Source: an uncultured delta proteobacterium
GTDB taxonomy: Bacteria; Desulfobacterota; Desulfobacteria; Desulfobacterales; JAFDCJ01
Assembly (NCBI GenBank): GCA_963769935.1
Contig: CAVYNY010000029.1
Coordinates: forward strand, 1-33,334
Direction of reading: 5' to 3'
DNA: 33,334 nt
Shown: in pieces, positions 1 to 9,864 of the stretch
How the letters are laid out: each line of letters starts with the position of its first letter
Position numbering within the stretch: the first letter of the stretch is position 1
The notes under the pieces: model-generated
What the model was told of the DNA's origin: nothing
What the model saw: the letters and a program-made list of their open reading frames with translations, nothing else
Databases searched by the model: none
Made by a program: the position numbers and the translations under genes

Positions 1-320
1 ACGCGTTCTGCCCGGGAACTTTCCGGCGGCCAGCGCCAGATGCTGGCGCTTAGCCGTATTCTTCTTCTGCGGCCGCAGCTGGTCCTGTTGGATGAACCTT
101 CCCTCGGCCTTTCGCCCATGGTTGTGGACCTTATTTTCGAGGAAATCCGGGAAATGAACAAAGAGGGTACATCCTTTCTGTTGGTCGAGCAAAACGCCCG
201 CAAAGCGCTTTCGGCTCCCACAGGGGGTATGTTCTGGAATTGGGCCGCAACCGGCTGGCGGGGACCGGCCGACAACTATTAGACAACCCGGATGTCCAGC
301 GGCTTTATCTGGGCGGATGA
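1..320 (+). CDS. 3' part of branched-chain amino-acid-type ABC transporter ATP-binding protein (LivF-like), with one frameshift near 210
   Basis: Reads ELSGGQRQMLALSR...LVLLDEPSLGLSP...LLVEQN (ABC signature, Walker B, LivF-type Q motif). It continues in another frame as HRGYVLELGRNRLAGTGRQLLDNPDVQRLYLGG* (TGA 318-320), a typical LivF C-terminus. Truncated by the window edge. Confidence 0.88.
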
Positions 321-468
321 CGTCGGGTTGGGAATTCTGCCGAGGGGAGACCAGAAAAACGGCGGGGAGCCGACTCCGGCTTCCGTCCCGTTGCATATGA
401 TTCGAGCTGGATGAACTTGTGAAACCTTATTCAATTCAGTGGCATTATGAGACCGGGGTCCATGCTTG

Positions 469-541
469 GTGGGAGTGGTTTTTAACCACGATTACAGATC
501 TTGACCCGGCCGAGTATATCGCGGTTAAAAACCGCTCCCAC
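469..541. repeat. REP/REPIN-like inverted repeat pair
   Basis: gtgggagtggtttttaaccacgat (469-492) matches the reverse complement of atcgcggttaaaaaccgctcccac (518-541) at 22 of 24 positions. It lies between convergent genes. Confidence 0.7.
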
Positions 542-692
542 AACACCTTTAGACTCGGTCCGAGTATCTAAAAAAGTCTCTTTGATTGGTCAGACTGGCC
601 GTTTTTCAGGCCAGCGGACGCGCTCATATGCCTCTGCGTTAGCACCAACACCCTGCGGAAGATATTCTTCATTCCGATGGCACCGATTAAAG

Positions 693-1217
693 CTATTCAC
701 GGGGTAATCGCACGACCAAAACCGGAATTGGGGAATGTCTGATCACCCATTTGGCGGTGTTGCCCATCAGGACATCGGCGATGACGCCGTGGCCGTGGGT
801 GCCCATGACGATCAGTTCACAATTCTTTTCCTGAGCAGTCTGCACGATAGTTTCAGCGGGTGCGCCGGATTTGATTAAAATTTCGTCGGTAACAAAGCCC
901 TGATTTTGCGCCTGGGTTTTTACTTTCTCGGAAAATGCCTGGAGAACTTCCTTCAGTGCGATATGATCCCTTTTCATGTCGGCGAGTTTTTCCCGGGCTT
1001 CGGAATAATGCCGCGTCTTGATCTGGTTCCAGGTTTCGTCATCGATCATGTTCAATATAAACTCTTCGCCGGGGGGCTGTGCAAACACATGCAGAATCGT
1101 GATGCTGGCGCCGTATTTGTCGGCCAGGCTTGCTGCATATGCAAAGGCGTGGACAGCGGATTCCGACAAGTCGGTGGCATACAGGATCTTTCTGATTTGG
1201 ACGTTTGTCAGTTCCAT
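693..1217 (-). CDS. Universal stress protein (UspA family)
   Basis: N-terminal KILYATDLS...A...A...LA...GASITILHV and C-terminal CELIVMGTHGHG...VLMGNTAKWVIRHSPIPVLVV are USP motifs. Confidence 0.93.
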   Translation of the reverse strand: MELTNVQIRKILYATDLSESAVHAFAYAASLADKYGASITILHVFAQPPGEEFILNMIDDETWNQIKTRHYSEAREKLADMKRDHIALKEVLQAFSEKVKTQAQNQGFVTDEILIKSGAPAETIVQTAQEKNCELIVMGTHGHGVIADVLMGNTAKWVIRHSPIPVLVVRLPRE

Positions 1218-1751
1218 TTTTTCATCTTTCCTCTATCTGATATGAAATCTGCAAGGATGTCAATTCGCCGGGTTGAAGTCCACTCCCGACACTCCGGGCC
1301 ATGTTTTCGTTCAATTACTTTTTAATATAGTAATCCCGGCCAAATTCGCAAGGAGAAAATTCCGGAGGCAGAATTGATTTGTAAAACCCCAATTGAAATA
1401 AAAAATTCAATGGCGTGTCCTTAGTCAATTGTCCATTATCAGTTGCAAGAAAGCTTGTGACGGCTTTTTGTCTTTTCTGGAAGTGAGCTATGAATTCGCC
1501 AGCTATTCTCGGTAAACCATCAGACAAGAACAAATGCCCGGCAACTTTTAACCGATTCTTTGCTCGGTTAGGGTAAAACTTTACGAATGCAACCGGGTTT
1601 AGCATTTACTTTGGCCCCGGCGCCTGCGAAATTCAAGTATTGCCAATCTTCGGCAATCCGACTATACTGATAATTTTCTCCGAGATAATTTCAGATTTGA
1701 GACATTTTTTACATCGAAGACCATCGATAAAATTTCATTGACCATTTTCGA

Positions 1752-2276
1752 TTGGAACTGGATTTGAAAGGGTATATGAGCTCCCATTATAACATCATCG
1801 AAATCAGGAAGGCCCGCAAAGCGCTGGGGGAAAGCGGGCAAAAGCTCCAGGCCATACGCCTGGAAGAGCTCAACACGGCTCTGGACGTGCTGCTCCGGCA
1901 TCGGGCCAAGGAAATGGCGGAATTTCAAAAAAATATCGCCTCGACCTTAAATCTGGGGGTATTCCCGTACATCGAGCGGCTGAAGGCCATGCTCAAGCAG
2001 GAAAAGCAAAAGAGTTACCTGAAGATGATCGAATTCAACCTCAGAGAGTTGATTTCACCGTTTTCCGCGAGACCGGCGCCGGACCTGATGAATCTGACGC
2101 CCACCGAGCTGGAGATATCCCAGCTGATCAAACAAGGCATGACCAGCAAAGAAATCGCAAATACTATGAATTTGTCCTCTAACACAATCGCATTTCATCG
2201 CAGCAATATCCGCAAAAAATTGGGCTTGATGAATCGAAAGTCCGATCTTCGATCCCACCTGCGGTCTCTCGTTTAA
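1752..2276 (+). CDS. LuxR-type HTH regulator lacking an intact sensor domain (start uncertain, possibly ATG 1776)
   Basis: C-terminal LTPTELEISQLIKQGMTSKEIA...LSSNTIAFHRSNIRKKLGL. The coiled coil LEELNTALDVLL is paralogous to that of 2502-4349. Confidence 0.85.
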   Translation: MELDLKGYMSSHYNIIEIRKARKALGESGQKLQAIRLEELNTALDVLLRHRAKEMAEFQKNIASTLNLGVFPYIERLKAMLKQEKQKSYLKMIEFNLRELISPFSARPAPDLMNLTPTELEISQLIKQGMTSKEIANTMNLSSNTIAFHRSNIRKKLGLMNRKSDLRSHLRSLV

Positions 2277-2284
2277 ATCTCCAT

Positions 2285-2304
2285 ACCAGAGAAACTCTGG
2301 TAAT
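2285..2304. promoter_or_regulatory. Candidate operator ACCAG-N7-CTGGTAAT (copy 1)
   Basis: taccagag-aaa-ctctggta is a perfect palindrome just after the LuxR gene. The same motif recurs at 4389-4408. Confidence 0.55.
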
Positions 2305-2387
2305 AAGCTATTATAAATTTAGTGTTTAAATTCTGCTATATTGCTATTATATTTTTAGGATTCAAAGTGGTTGCAATAAACGGTGAC

Positions 2388-2482
2388 GAATGAACTAATC
2401 CCGCTTTCAGCGGGATGAAAATGACTAATCCACCAAAAAATGGCGGACAAGAATGAACTAATCCCGCCTCGGCGGGATGGAA
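2388..2482. repeat. Three tandem ~31-32 bp hairpin units (AATGA(A)CTA-ATCCCGC...GCGGGAT)
   Basis: gaatgaactaATCCCGCtttcaGCGGGAT (2388), a degenerate aatgactaATCCacc...ggcGGA (2420) and gaatgaactaATCCCGCCtcGGCGGGAT (2451). Confidence 0.75.
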
Positions 2483-2501
2483 TTCTATCATTTAAAAAAT
2501 A

Positions 2502-4349
2502 ATGAACTCTGACTTGCAGACTTCAAACGATGATTTGCTAAAAAGAGAGCGGGAACTGTTCGCGGAACTATTGGTTATTCTTGGAGAGGAAAACAGATTC
2601 CGCGCTTTGATACGCAAAATTACCCAACTGCTCCAGGACGGGTCGGGCTGCCAGGCGGTCGGCATCCGGCTCCGGCAGGGCGATGACTATCCTTACTATG
2701 AAACTCGGGGATTTCCCCATGAATTTGTGCTGGCCGAAACCAAACTGTGTGAACGCGACGCGGAGGGCAAACTGATCCCGGACAAGACCGGCAAGCCCGT
2801 TCTGGCCTGCATGTGCGGCGCCGTGATCGAGGGCCGCATCGACCCGGCTCGGCCTTTTTTCACCGAGTTCGGCAGCTTCTGGACCAACAGCACATCCACG
2901 CTGCTGGCGGCGGACGGACAATCCGGCCTGCTGGGGCCGACCCGCAACCGCTGCAATCGCGAAGGCTATGAATCGGTGGCGCTGGTGCCCCTGCGTGTTC
3001 AAGGCCGCACCTTGGGTCTGATACAGTTTAACGATAAGCAGGCAGGAAAGTTTTCATCCGCCCTGATAGCTCTCTTTGAACGCCTGGCCGTCGGTGCCGC
3101 TTTGGCGTTGGATCATCGCCTGGCTCACAACGCCCTCAGGCAAAGCGCAAAATCCACCCGCAGCCTGTATGAGAAAACCCCGGCCATGCTGCATTCCATC
3201 GACCGCGACGGCTGTCTGGTCGCAGTCAGCGATTACTGGCTGCAAAAGATGGGCTATGCCCGCGAGGAAGTCATCGGCCGCAAAATAACCGACTTTCTCA
3301 CCTCTGCGTCTTGCGAGAAGGCTGAAAAACAAAATCTGCCGCTGTTTTTCAAAACCGGCTCGGCATTCGATGTGGAGTATCAATTCATAACAAAAAGCGG
3401 CGCGATTATGGATGTCCTGCTGTCGGCGGTTTCTGAAAAGGGCCCGGACGGTGAAATGCTGCGCAGCCTTGCGGTTTTAACGGATATATCCGAGCGCAAA
3501 CTGGCCGAGCGCGCCCTGCACCAAAGCGAAGCCAAGTACCGCATGGTCGTGGACAACTCGCTGGCCGGCATTTTTGTTATTCAGGCAGGCCGCTTCGTCT
3601 TTGTCAACCAGCGCATGGCCCATATGCACGGGTATGAGCATCCCGATGAACTTGTCGGCCGGCATTTCTGGGAACTGGTTCATCCGCTGGACCGCGAGAT
3701 GGTCAAGGAAAGAGGGCTGCGTCGCGAGCGGGGCGAAGTTTTGCCCGAGCGTTATGAATGCAGAAGTCTGCGTAAAGACGGCACCTTCATCTGGGTGGAT
3801 GTTCGGGCGCGCTTGCAGCAACTCAACGACAAGAATGCCGTCCTTGGCAATATTATCGATGTCAGCGAAGCCAAGCAGGCCCTGGATGCTTTGAGCCGCA
3901 AAGAGATAGAGCTCCGACAAAAAGCCGATGATTTGGAAGAGTTGAACGTCACGCTGAAGATCCTGCTTGAACGCCGTGAGAAAGAAAAAGCGTCCATCGA
4001 AAAAAATGTGCTGCTGAATGTCCGCAACCTGGTTGTACCGTTGTTGAAGCGACTGGAAGAGGCGCGGAATCTGGACGAAGTCGCGACCCTCAGTAAATTA
4101 TTGAAAGGGCATGTTTCCGAATTGACGCTTGGCTTTTCCAACACCCTTGCCGCAAAAAGCCATGATCTGACTGCCATGGAGATCCAGGTTGCCAAACTGA
4201 TTCAGGAAGGCAAGTCGAGCCGGGAAATCGCCGCCATCTTCCGCATATCCCCCAAGGCGGTCGCCTTTCACCGCAACAACATCCGGCGCAAGCTGAAGTT
4301 GACCCATCGAAAGATTAATCTGCAAGTCTATTTAAACTCTTTGGGCTAG
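2502..4349 (+). CDS. GAF-PAS-PAS-LuxR HTH one-component transcriptional regulator
   Basis: GAF (AVGIRL...GYESVALVPL...LGLIQFND), two PAS domains ending DISERK and IIDVSEAK, a coiled coil, and LTAMEIQVAKLIQEGKSSREIA...VAFHRNNIRRKL. Confidence 0.93.
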   Translation: MNSDLQTSNDDLLKRERELFAELLVILGEENRFRALIRKITQLLQDGSGCQAVGIRLRQGDDYPYYETRGFPHEFVLAETKLCERDAEGKLIPDKTGKPVLACMCGAVIEGRIDPARPFFTEFGSFWTNSTSTLLAADGQSGLLGPTRNRCNREGYESVALVPLRVQGRTLGLIQFNDKQAGKFSSALIALFERLAVGAALALDHRLAHNALRQSAKSTRSLYEKTPAMLHSIDRDGCLVAVSDYWLQKMGYAREEVIGRKITDFLTSASCEKAEKQNLPLFFKTGSAFDVEYQFITKSGAIMDVLLSAVSEKGPDGEMLRSLAVLTDISERKLAERALHQSEAKYRMVVDNSLAGIFVIQAGRFVFVNQRMAHMHGYEHPDELVGRHFWELVHPLDREMVKERGLRRERGEVLPERYECRSLRKDGTFIWVDVRARLQQLNDKNAVLGNIIDVSEAKQALDALSRKEIELRQKADDLEELNVTLKILLERREKEKASIEKNVLLNVRNLVVPLLKRLEEARNLDEVATLSKLLKGHVSELTLGFSNTLAAKSHDLTAMEIQVAKLIQEGKSSREIAAIFRISPKAVAFHRNNIRRKLKLTHRKINLQVYLNSLG

Positions 4350-4388
4350 CGCCGTTCAGCGGCCGTGCCGGCCTATCGCATCTATGTC

Positions 4389-4408
4389 ACCAGTTTTTCG
4401 CTGGTAAT
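4389..4408. promoter_or_regulatory. Candidate operator ACCAG-N7-CTGGTAAT (copy 2)
   Basis: accag-tttttcg-ctggtaat lies about 40 bp after the second LuxR gene and upstream of the kinase gene. Confidence 0.5.
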
Positions 4409-4627
4409 CAACTCCTATTCTATTGGTATATAATTTCCTGCCAACATTGATATGATGAAAATGAGGCCTTCTATTTGCACCGGGCTTCGATAACAAATTG
4501 TCGATATCGCTTCTTTAATTCTTTAAAAGATATCCGCAGATTACCCCGATGAAATAAAAGAAAAGAGATTTCATTTAAAACGCTCCGATGAAAAGCGCCA
4601 AAGTAATTTATTGAGAAGTAAAGTAGC

Positions 4628-7600
4628 ATGAAACTGATCAAAAGTATTCCCACGCTGACCTTTCTGTGTGCCGTGGCGGTGCTGGCCATCATGACCATAG
4701 CCATGTTCGTTGCGTGGGTGCCTTATTATTTTGATTCCTACCGGCAGCAGACAGAGCGTCTGGAGCCGAACTGCGCACCCGCCAGCGGCAGCTGCTCAAA
4801 GATCAGGTGGACAGGGCCGTTGAATACATCGATTACATGCGATCGAAAACCGAAACGCGGCTGCAGGACCAGATCAAGCCAGAGTATATGAAGCCTGTGA
4901 CATCGCGCTGAACATCTACCGCTGAAAATAACGACAAAGTGCCCCGCCAGATGCTCGAAAACATGGTAAAAGACGCCCTGCGTCCGATTCGGTTCAACCA
5001 GGGCCGGGGCTACTACTTTGCCACCCGCCTGGACGGCATTGAAATGCTCTTTGCCGACCGGCCGGAGATGGAGGGCCGGGATATGTCGGCTGTCATGGAC
5101 CTGGAAGGCCGCTACGTTGTGCCCGACATGATCGCAATCGTCAAAACCGCCGGCGAGGGATATTACCGTTACCTGTGGACCAAGCCCGGCCACCCGGACA
5201 AAGGGTTTCCCAAAATCGCCTTCGTCAAGTTGTTTGAACCTTTCAACTGGCTGATCGGCACGGGTGATTACCTGGATGAGGTGGAGGCCGAGATCAAAGC
5301 CGAGGTGGTCGACCGTCTCGAATCCGTCCAGTTCGGCACAGACGGCTATATTTTCGCCGGCGGCTATGACGGAGTATCCGTGATGGGACCGGTCAAGGGC
5401 CGCAGCATGCTCGCGAGTCAGCGATGCCGAGGGTGTCAAAATCGTGCGCGAGCTGATCGCCGCCGCTGAGAAAGGGCGGCGGCTTCGTGCAGTACGTTAT
5501 GCCTGCGCTGGAAGGAATCGCATCCAAACCCAAAATCAGTTTCGTGCGGGGCATTCCCGATTGGCAATGGTACGTAGGGGCCGGCATGTATGCCGAAGAC
5601 CTCCGGGAGCTGATTGAAACCGGACAAGCCGGCCTGCAACGGCAACTGAGACGCAAGATTATTCAACTGCTGCCCATCTTTCTGGGAGCCGGCCTGCTGG
5701 CCCTGGCCGTTTCCTGGCTGGTATATATCCGCATCCGCAAAGAGCGTGACATTTTCGGCCGCTTTTTTCAGCAGGCCGCCGAGAGCTACGAAACCATCGA
5801 TGAGCAGCCGGCTGTATTTTTCCGAATTCCGCTCATTGGCCAAATCGAAGCCAATGCCATGCTGGCTGCCCGTGAAAAAGCCATGCAGGACCTGCAACGG
5901 AGCGAAGAACGCTTTAAGGAACTGGCCGAATCGTTGCCGGAAACCATTTTTGAAATGGACCTTCAGGGCACGCTGACGTTTGTGAATCGCAGGGCTTTTG
6001 AACAGTTCGGATACTCGCAGCAGGATTTTGCACGCGGCCTGAGTTCGCTGGACATGGTCATACCCGCTGACCGTGCCCGGGTTATGGCAAACATTGTAAA
6101 AATCCTGGAGACAAAAACAACCAGCTTTAATGAATATACCGCCCTGCGCAAGGACGGCGGTACCTTTGCCTGTCTGATATTTTCCGCACCGATACCGGAA
6201 CGACGGCCGGTCGGTCGGTTTGCGGGGATTTATCATCGATATCACAGAGCGCAAAAGAGCCGAGGATGAGCTGCAAAGTTCGGCGAACGGTATTACCGTT
6301 CGCTGATCTCCAATTTGCATGAAGACATCCTGGTGGTCGACCGCAACTACACGATCACCGACGTCAACAATTCCTTTCTTATCACCACCGGCCACCGGCG
6401 CGAAGACGTTGTCGGACGGCAGTGCTATGAGATCACCCATGGCCGCGACCGCCCCTGCCGGGAATCCGGCGAGGCCTGCGGACTGGAGGAGGTGTTTGAA
6501 TCCGGCCGGGCCCATAAATTCCATCAAGGAACACCTCAACAAAGACGGCTCCAAGATCGTGGTCGGACATCCTTTATTCCCCGCTGAAGGATGAAAGCGG
6601 CAACGTCACCCATGTCATTCAGGCCGTTCGGGACGTCACCGAGGTGGTGCAGGTCAAAGATGAGCTGCGGAAAAGCGAGGAAAAGTTTCGCATGATCAGC
6701 ACTGCGGCCCGGGATGCCATTATGATTACGGATGAAAACGGTAAAATCACCTACTGGAATCCGGCTGCCGAGCAAATGTTCGGATTTTCGGCGCAAGAGG
6801 CCGTCGAGGCCGATTTGCTCTCGCTGATCCTGCCTGTGCGCGAGCGGGACCATCTTAGACGGAGTATTACCCAATATGATACCGGAGTTACGAGCGTCGA
6901 TGAGCTGATCGAAGTCCTGGCCCTTAAAAAGGACGGCAGCAAGGTGCCGGTGGAGCTGTCGGTTTCAGTCGGCAGTCTTGAAGGCCGCCGGAGCGCCATC
7001 CTGCTCATCCGGGATATCACCAAACCCCGGCAGGCCAGAGAGGCGCTCAGGCAGAGCGAGGAGAGATACCGGTCGCTGTATTCTGCCATGAGCGAGGGCG
7101 TAGCAATCCATGAGATCATTTATGACCAAAGGGGCCAGGCATCGGACTATACTCTCTTGGATGTGAACCCGGCATTTGAATCGATTACCGGTTTGAAAAA
7201 AGAAGCGGTGCAAGGCCAAAACGCATCAAAACTTTACGGTGTGGACCGGGCGCCATACTTAGAAGTCTACGCCGAGGTGGCAGCCACCAGCGTACCGACT
7301 TGCTTTGAAACCTATTTCCCGCCGATGGGAAAACACTTTAACATTTCCGTTTTTTCCCTCGGAGATAGAAGGTTTGCCACCGTATTCGAAGATATTTCCG
7401 GGCGCAAACAGGCTGATGAGGTGCTAAAGGAAAGCGAGGAGCGTTTCAGAGTGCTGTTTGAGCATGCCCCGGATCCTTTTTATATCAGCGACATGGATGG
7501 AACCCTGGTGGACGGCAATCAAGCGGCGGAAAAATTAATTGGCTACCAGAAAAACGAGCTAATTGGGGAAAATATTTTCGAAACCGGGATTATCTCGGAT

Positions 7601-8958
7601 GCCGATCTTCCAAAAGCGCTCAGCCTCTATGAAAAGAGCCGGAACGGCGCGCAGACCGGATCCGATGAATTCATGTTATACCGGAAAGATGGTGAGGCGG
7701 TTTATGCCGAAGTATCGATGCATCCGGTAACCATCAGGGGGGAGAAATTTATGCTGGGCAGTGCCAGGGATATCACCGAACGACGCACAGCCGAACAAGA
7801 AAGAAGAAGCTGGAGGCCCAGCTGCGCCAGGCCCAGAAAATGGAGGCCATCGGTACCTTTGCCGGCGGCATTGCCCATGATTTCAACAACATTTTATCGG
7901 CCATTATAGGCTACGCCGAGCTGGCCATCGATAAGGCTTCCCTGAACACCCCGCTGCATGACGACCTGCAGGAAGTATTTCGTGCCGGCTACGGGCGCGG
8001 GATCTGGTCAAGCAGATATTGACCTTCAGCCGCCAGGCCGAGCAGAAGATGCAGCCGGTGCAGGTGGATTTGATCGTCAAGGAGGCCTTGAAGTTTTTGC
8101 ACGCCTCACTGCCGAGCCAATATCGAGGTCCGCCCCGACATCGCCAGTGATGCCCGGGTGCTGGCCGACCCCACCCAACTGCACCAGGTGCTGATGAACC
8201 TGTGCGCCAATGCCCGGCATGCCATGGGGCAGACCGGCGGAAAGCTGGAAGTCTCCCTGGTCGAGGTGCAACTGGATGCGGATTTTGCGGCGGTCCATCC
8301 GGGGGCCTGAGCCGGTGCATACCTGAAGCTGACGGTGGCCGACAGCGGCGAGGGCATGCCGGCCGAGGTGCGGGAGAAAATTTTCGAGCCGTTTTTTACC
8401 ACCAAGAGCAAAGGGGAGGGGACGGGTCTGGGGCTGGCGGTGGTACACGGCATCGTCAAAAGCAGCAGCGGCTTTATTACGGTTTACAGCGAACCGGGCC
8501 AGGGCACGGCCTTTAATGTGTTTTTGCCGGTGATTGAAGCCCGGGACAAGCCGCCGGCTGAAATCAAAGGCCAGCTGCCGGCCGGCACGGAGCGGGTGCT
8601 GCTGGTGGACGATGAAAAAATATTAATCGACATCGGGGCTCAAATGCTGGAGCGCCACGGATACCGGGTGACCGTCCGCACCAGCTCGGTGGAGGCGCTG
8701 GCGCTCTTTAATGCCAAACCGGACCAATTCGATCTGGTGATCACCGACCTGACCATGCCCAACCTGAGCGGTCTGGAGCTGGCCGCCGAAATCATCGCGC
8801 AGCGGCCGGAGGTGCCCATCATTTTATGCACCGGCTTCAGCGCGAAGATTACCCCGGCCGGTGCTGAATCCGCCGGCATCAAAGCCTTGATAATGAAACC
8901 GATCTCCCGGGACGATCTGATCCGCACCGCCCGCCGGGTGTTGGATGAGCGCAATTGA
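4628..8958 (+). CDS. Membrane hybrid sensor histidine kinase (TM, two sCache_2-like domains, TM, about 5 PAS, HisKA, HATPase, REC), broken by many frameshifts
   Basis: Successive ORF pieces show Cache motifs (GYYF...[12 protein letters not shown]...[24 protein letters not shown]...[21 protein letters not shown]) and PAS repeats. They then show H-box [12 protein letters not shown]-box [12 protein letters not shown]-boxes DSGEGM...FEPFFTTK...GTGLGL and receiver VLLVDDE...[10 protein letters not shown]. Indels may be sequencing errors. Confidence 0.88.
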
Positions 8959-9065
8959 CACGAGAACTGGAATAATGGAATATTGGAATTGATCAATTTA
9001 GTCTTTAATAATTTTGTAGAAATTCCGAGACGCATGACTACCGCTGGATCTCGGGAGAGGGTTAA

Positions 9066-9454
9066 ATGAAAAGCGATTCGGAAATCATAAAAAGACTGAC
9101 GGCAGACTTTATGCAGGCGAGGCAGGAGGCCGAAGAACTTAAAAAAGGCCAGATTGAGTTGGCCGTGATATTAGCCAGAACGCCCTTGTTTATGTCGAAG
9201 ATATTACCGAACGCAAAAGAGTTGAGGCCGAGCGCGAGCAGCTGATTCAAGAACTCGAGAAGGCCCTTTCAGAAATCAAAAAGCTGAGTGGAATGCTGCC
9301 GATTTGCACCTCCTGCAAAAAGATCCGCGATGACGGTGGGTACTGGAACCAATTGGAGTCATTTATTCAAAAGCATTCAGAGGCTGAGTTCAGTCACAGT
9401 CTATGTCCGGACTGTGCCCGGAAGCTATATCCTGATCTAAATATCGCTGACTGA
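9066..9454 (+). pseudogene. Remnant of PAS-type protein with C-terminal CxxC...H...CxxC (putative Zn-binding) domain
   Basis: ATG 9066 gives MKSDSEII...ELAVILARTPL. Another frame from about 9188 gives VYVEDITERKRVEAEREQLIQELEKALSEIKKLSGMLPICTSCKKIRDDGGYWNQLESFIQKHSEAEFSHSLCPDCARKLYPDLNIAD* (TGA 9452-9454). Not in the supplied ORF track. Confidence 0.8.
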
Positions 9455-9689
9455 AGCGGTATCTGCGAGTCCCATAAGCGGTTTTTGGTTGCCTAGACCT
9501 GCGGATTCCGCCGCCTTTGACATGCCTTTTGGCACATAGTTCAAGCACCTTTGAGCGTCAATACTGTCGATCTTTCATTCATTATTTCTTGACGTCTTAA
9601 ATGCCGCCGTCCAATCCGACTGCGCCCAATCCTTTAAATAAATTAAATAATTCAACCGGTTATTACGACGTTCAGCAGCCGGAATCCGG

Positions 9690-9705
9690 CGGCACATAAT
9701 TTGCA
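9690..9705 (+). promoter_or_regulatory. sigma54 (-24/-12) promoter upstream of the NtrC-family gene
   Basis: cGGCACataatTTGCa has GG-N10-GC spacing. An IHF-like attcaaccggtta lies at about 9650-9662. Confidence 0.7.
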
Positions 9706-9864
9706 ATTCATATTTGAACCACAGGCAAAGCCTGGCGCCGGGGCTGACCTTGCATTGAATGGAAGCCTATTTTAATTTATATTCCCAGCCGAAAGCGCTG
9801 CTTTTGGAATGATCGGATACTGCAGGGCGTTTTCTCCGTTAACCTAAAATCGTGAATTTTAAAA

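Noticed and set aside
1315..1605. 96-aa minus-strand ORF in the AT-rich usp/luxR divergent region
   Set aside because: No motif or clear RBS; more likely promoter DNA.
1639..1657. Palindrome ATTGCC-N7-GGCAAT upstream of the first LuxR gene
   Set aside because: Single occurrence with no supporting promoter geometry; could be chance.
2388..2482. Possible mini CRISPR array
   Set aside because: Units are contiguous with no unique spacers, there are only three degenerate copies, and no cas genes are in the window.
8968..8990. TGGAATAA-like 8-bp tandem repeat (three units)
   Set aside because: Too short and low-complexity to assign any function.
9530..9546. Second sigma54 promoter TGGCACATAGTTCAAG
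   Set aside because: The -24 element is good but there is no TTGC-like -12 at the required spacing.
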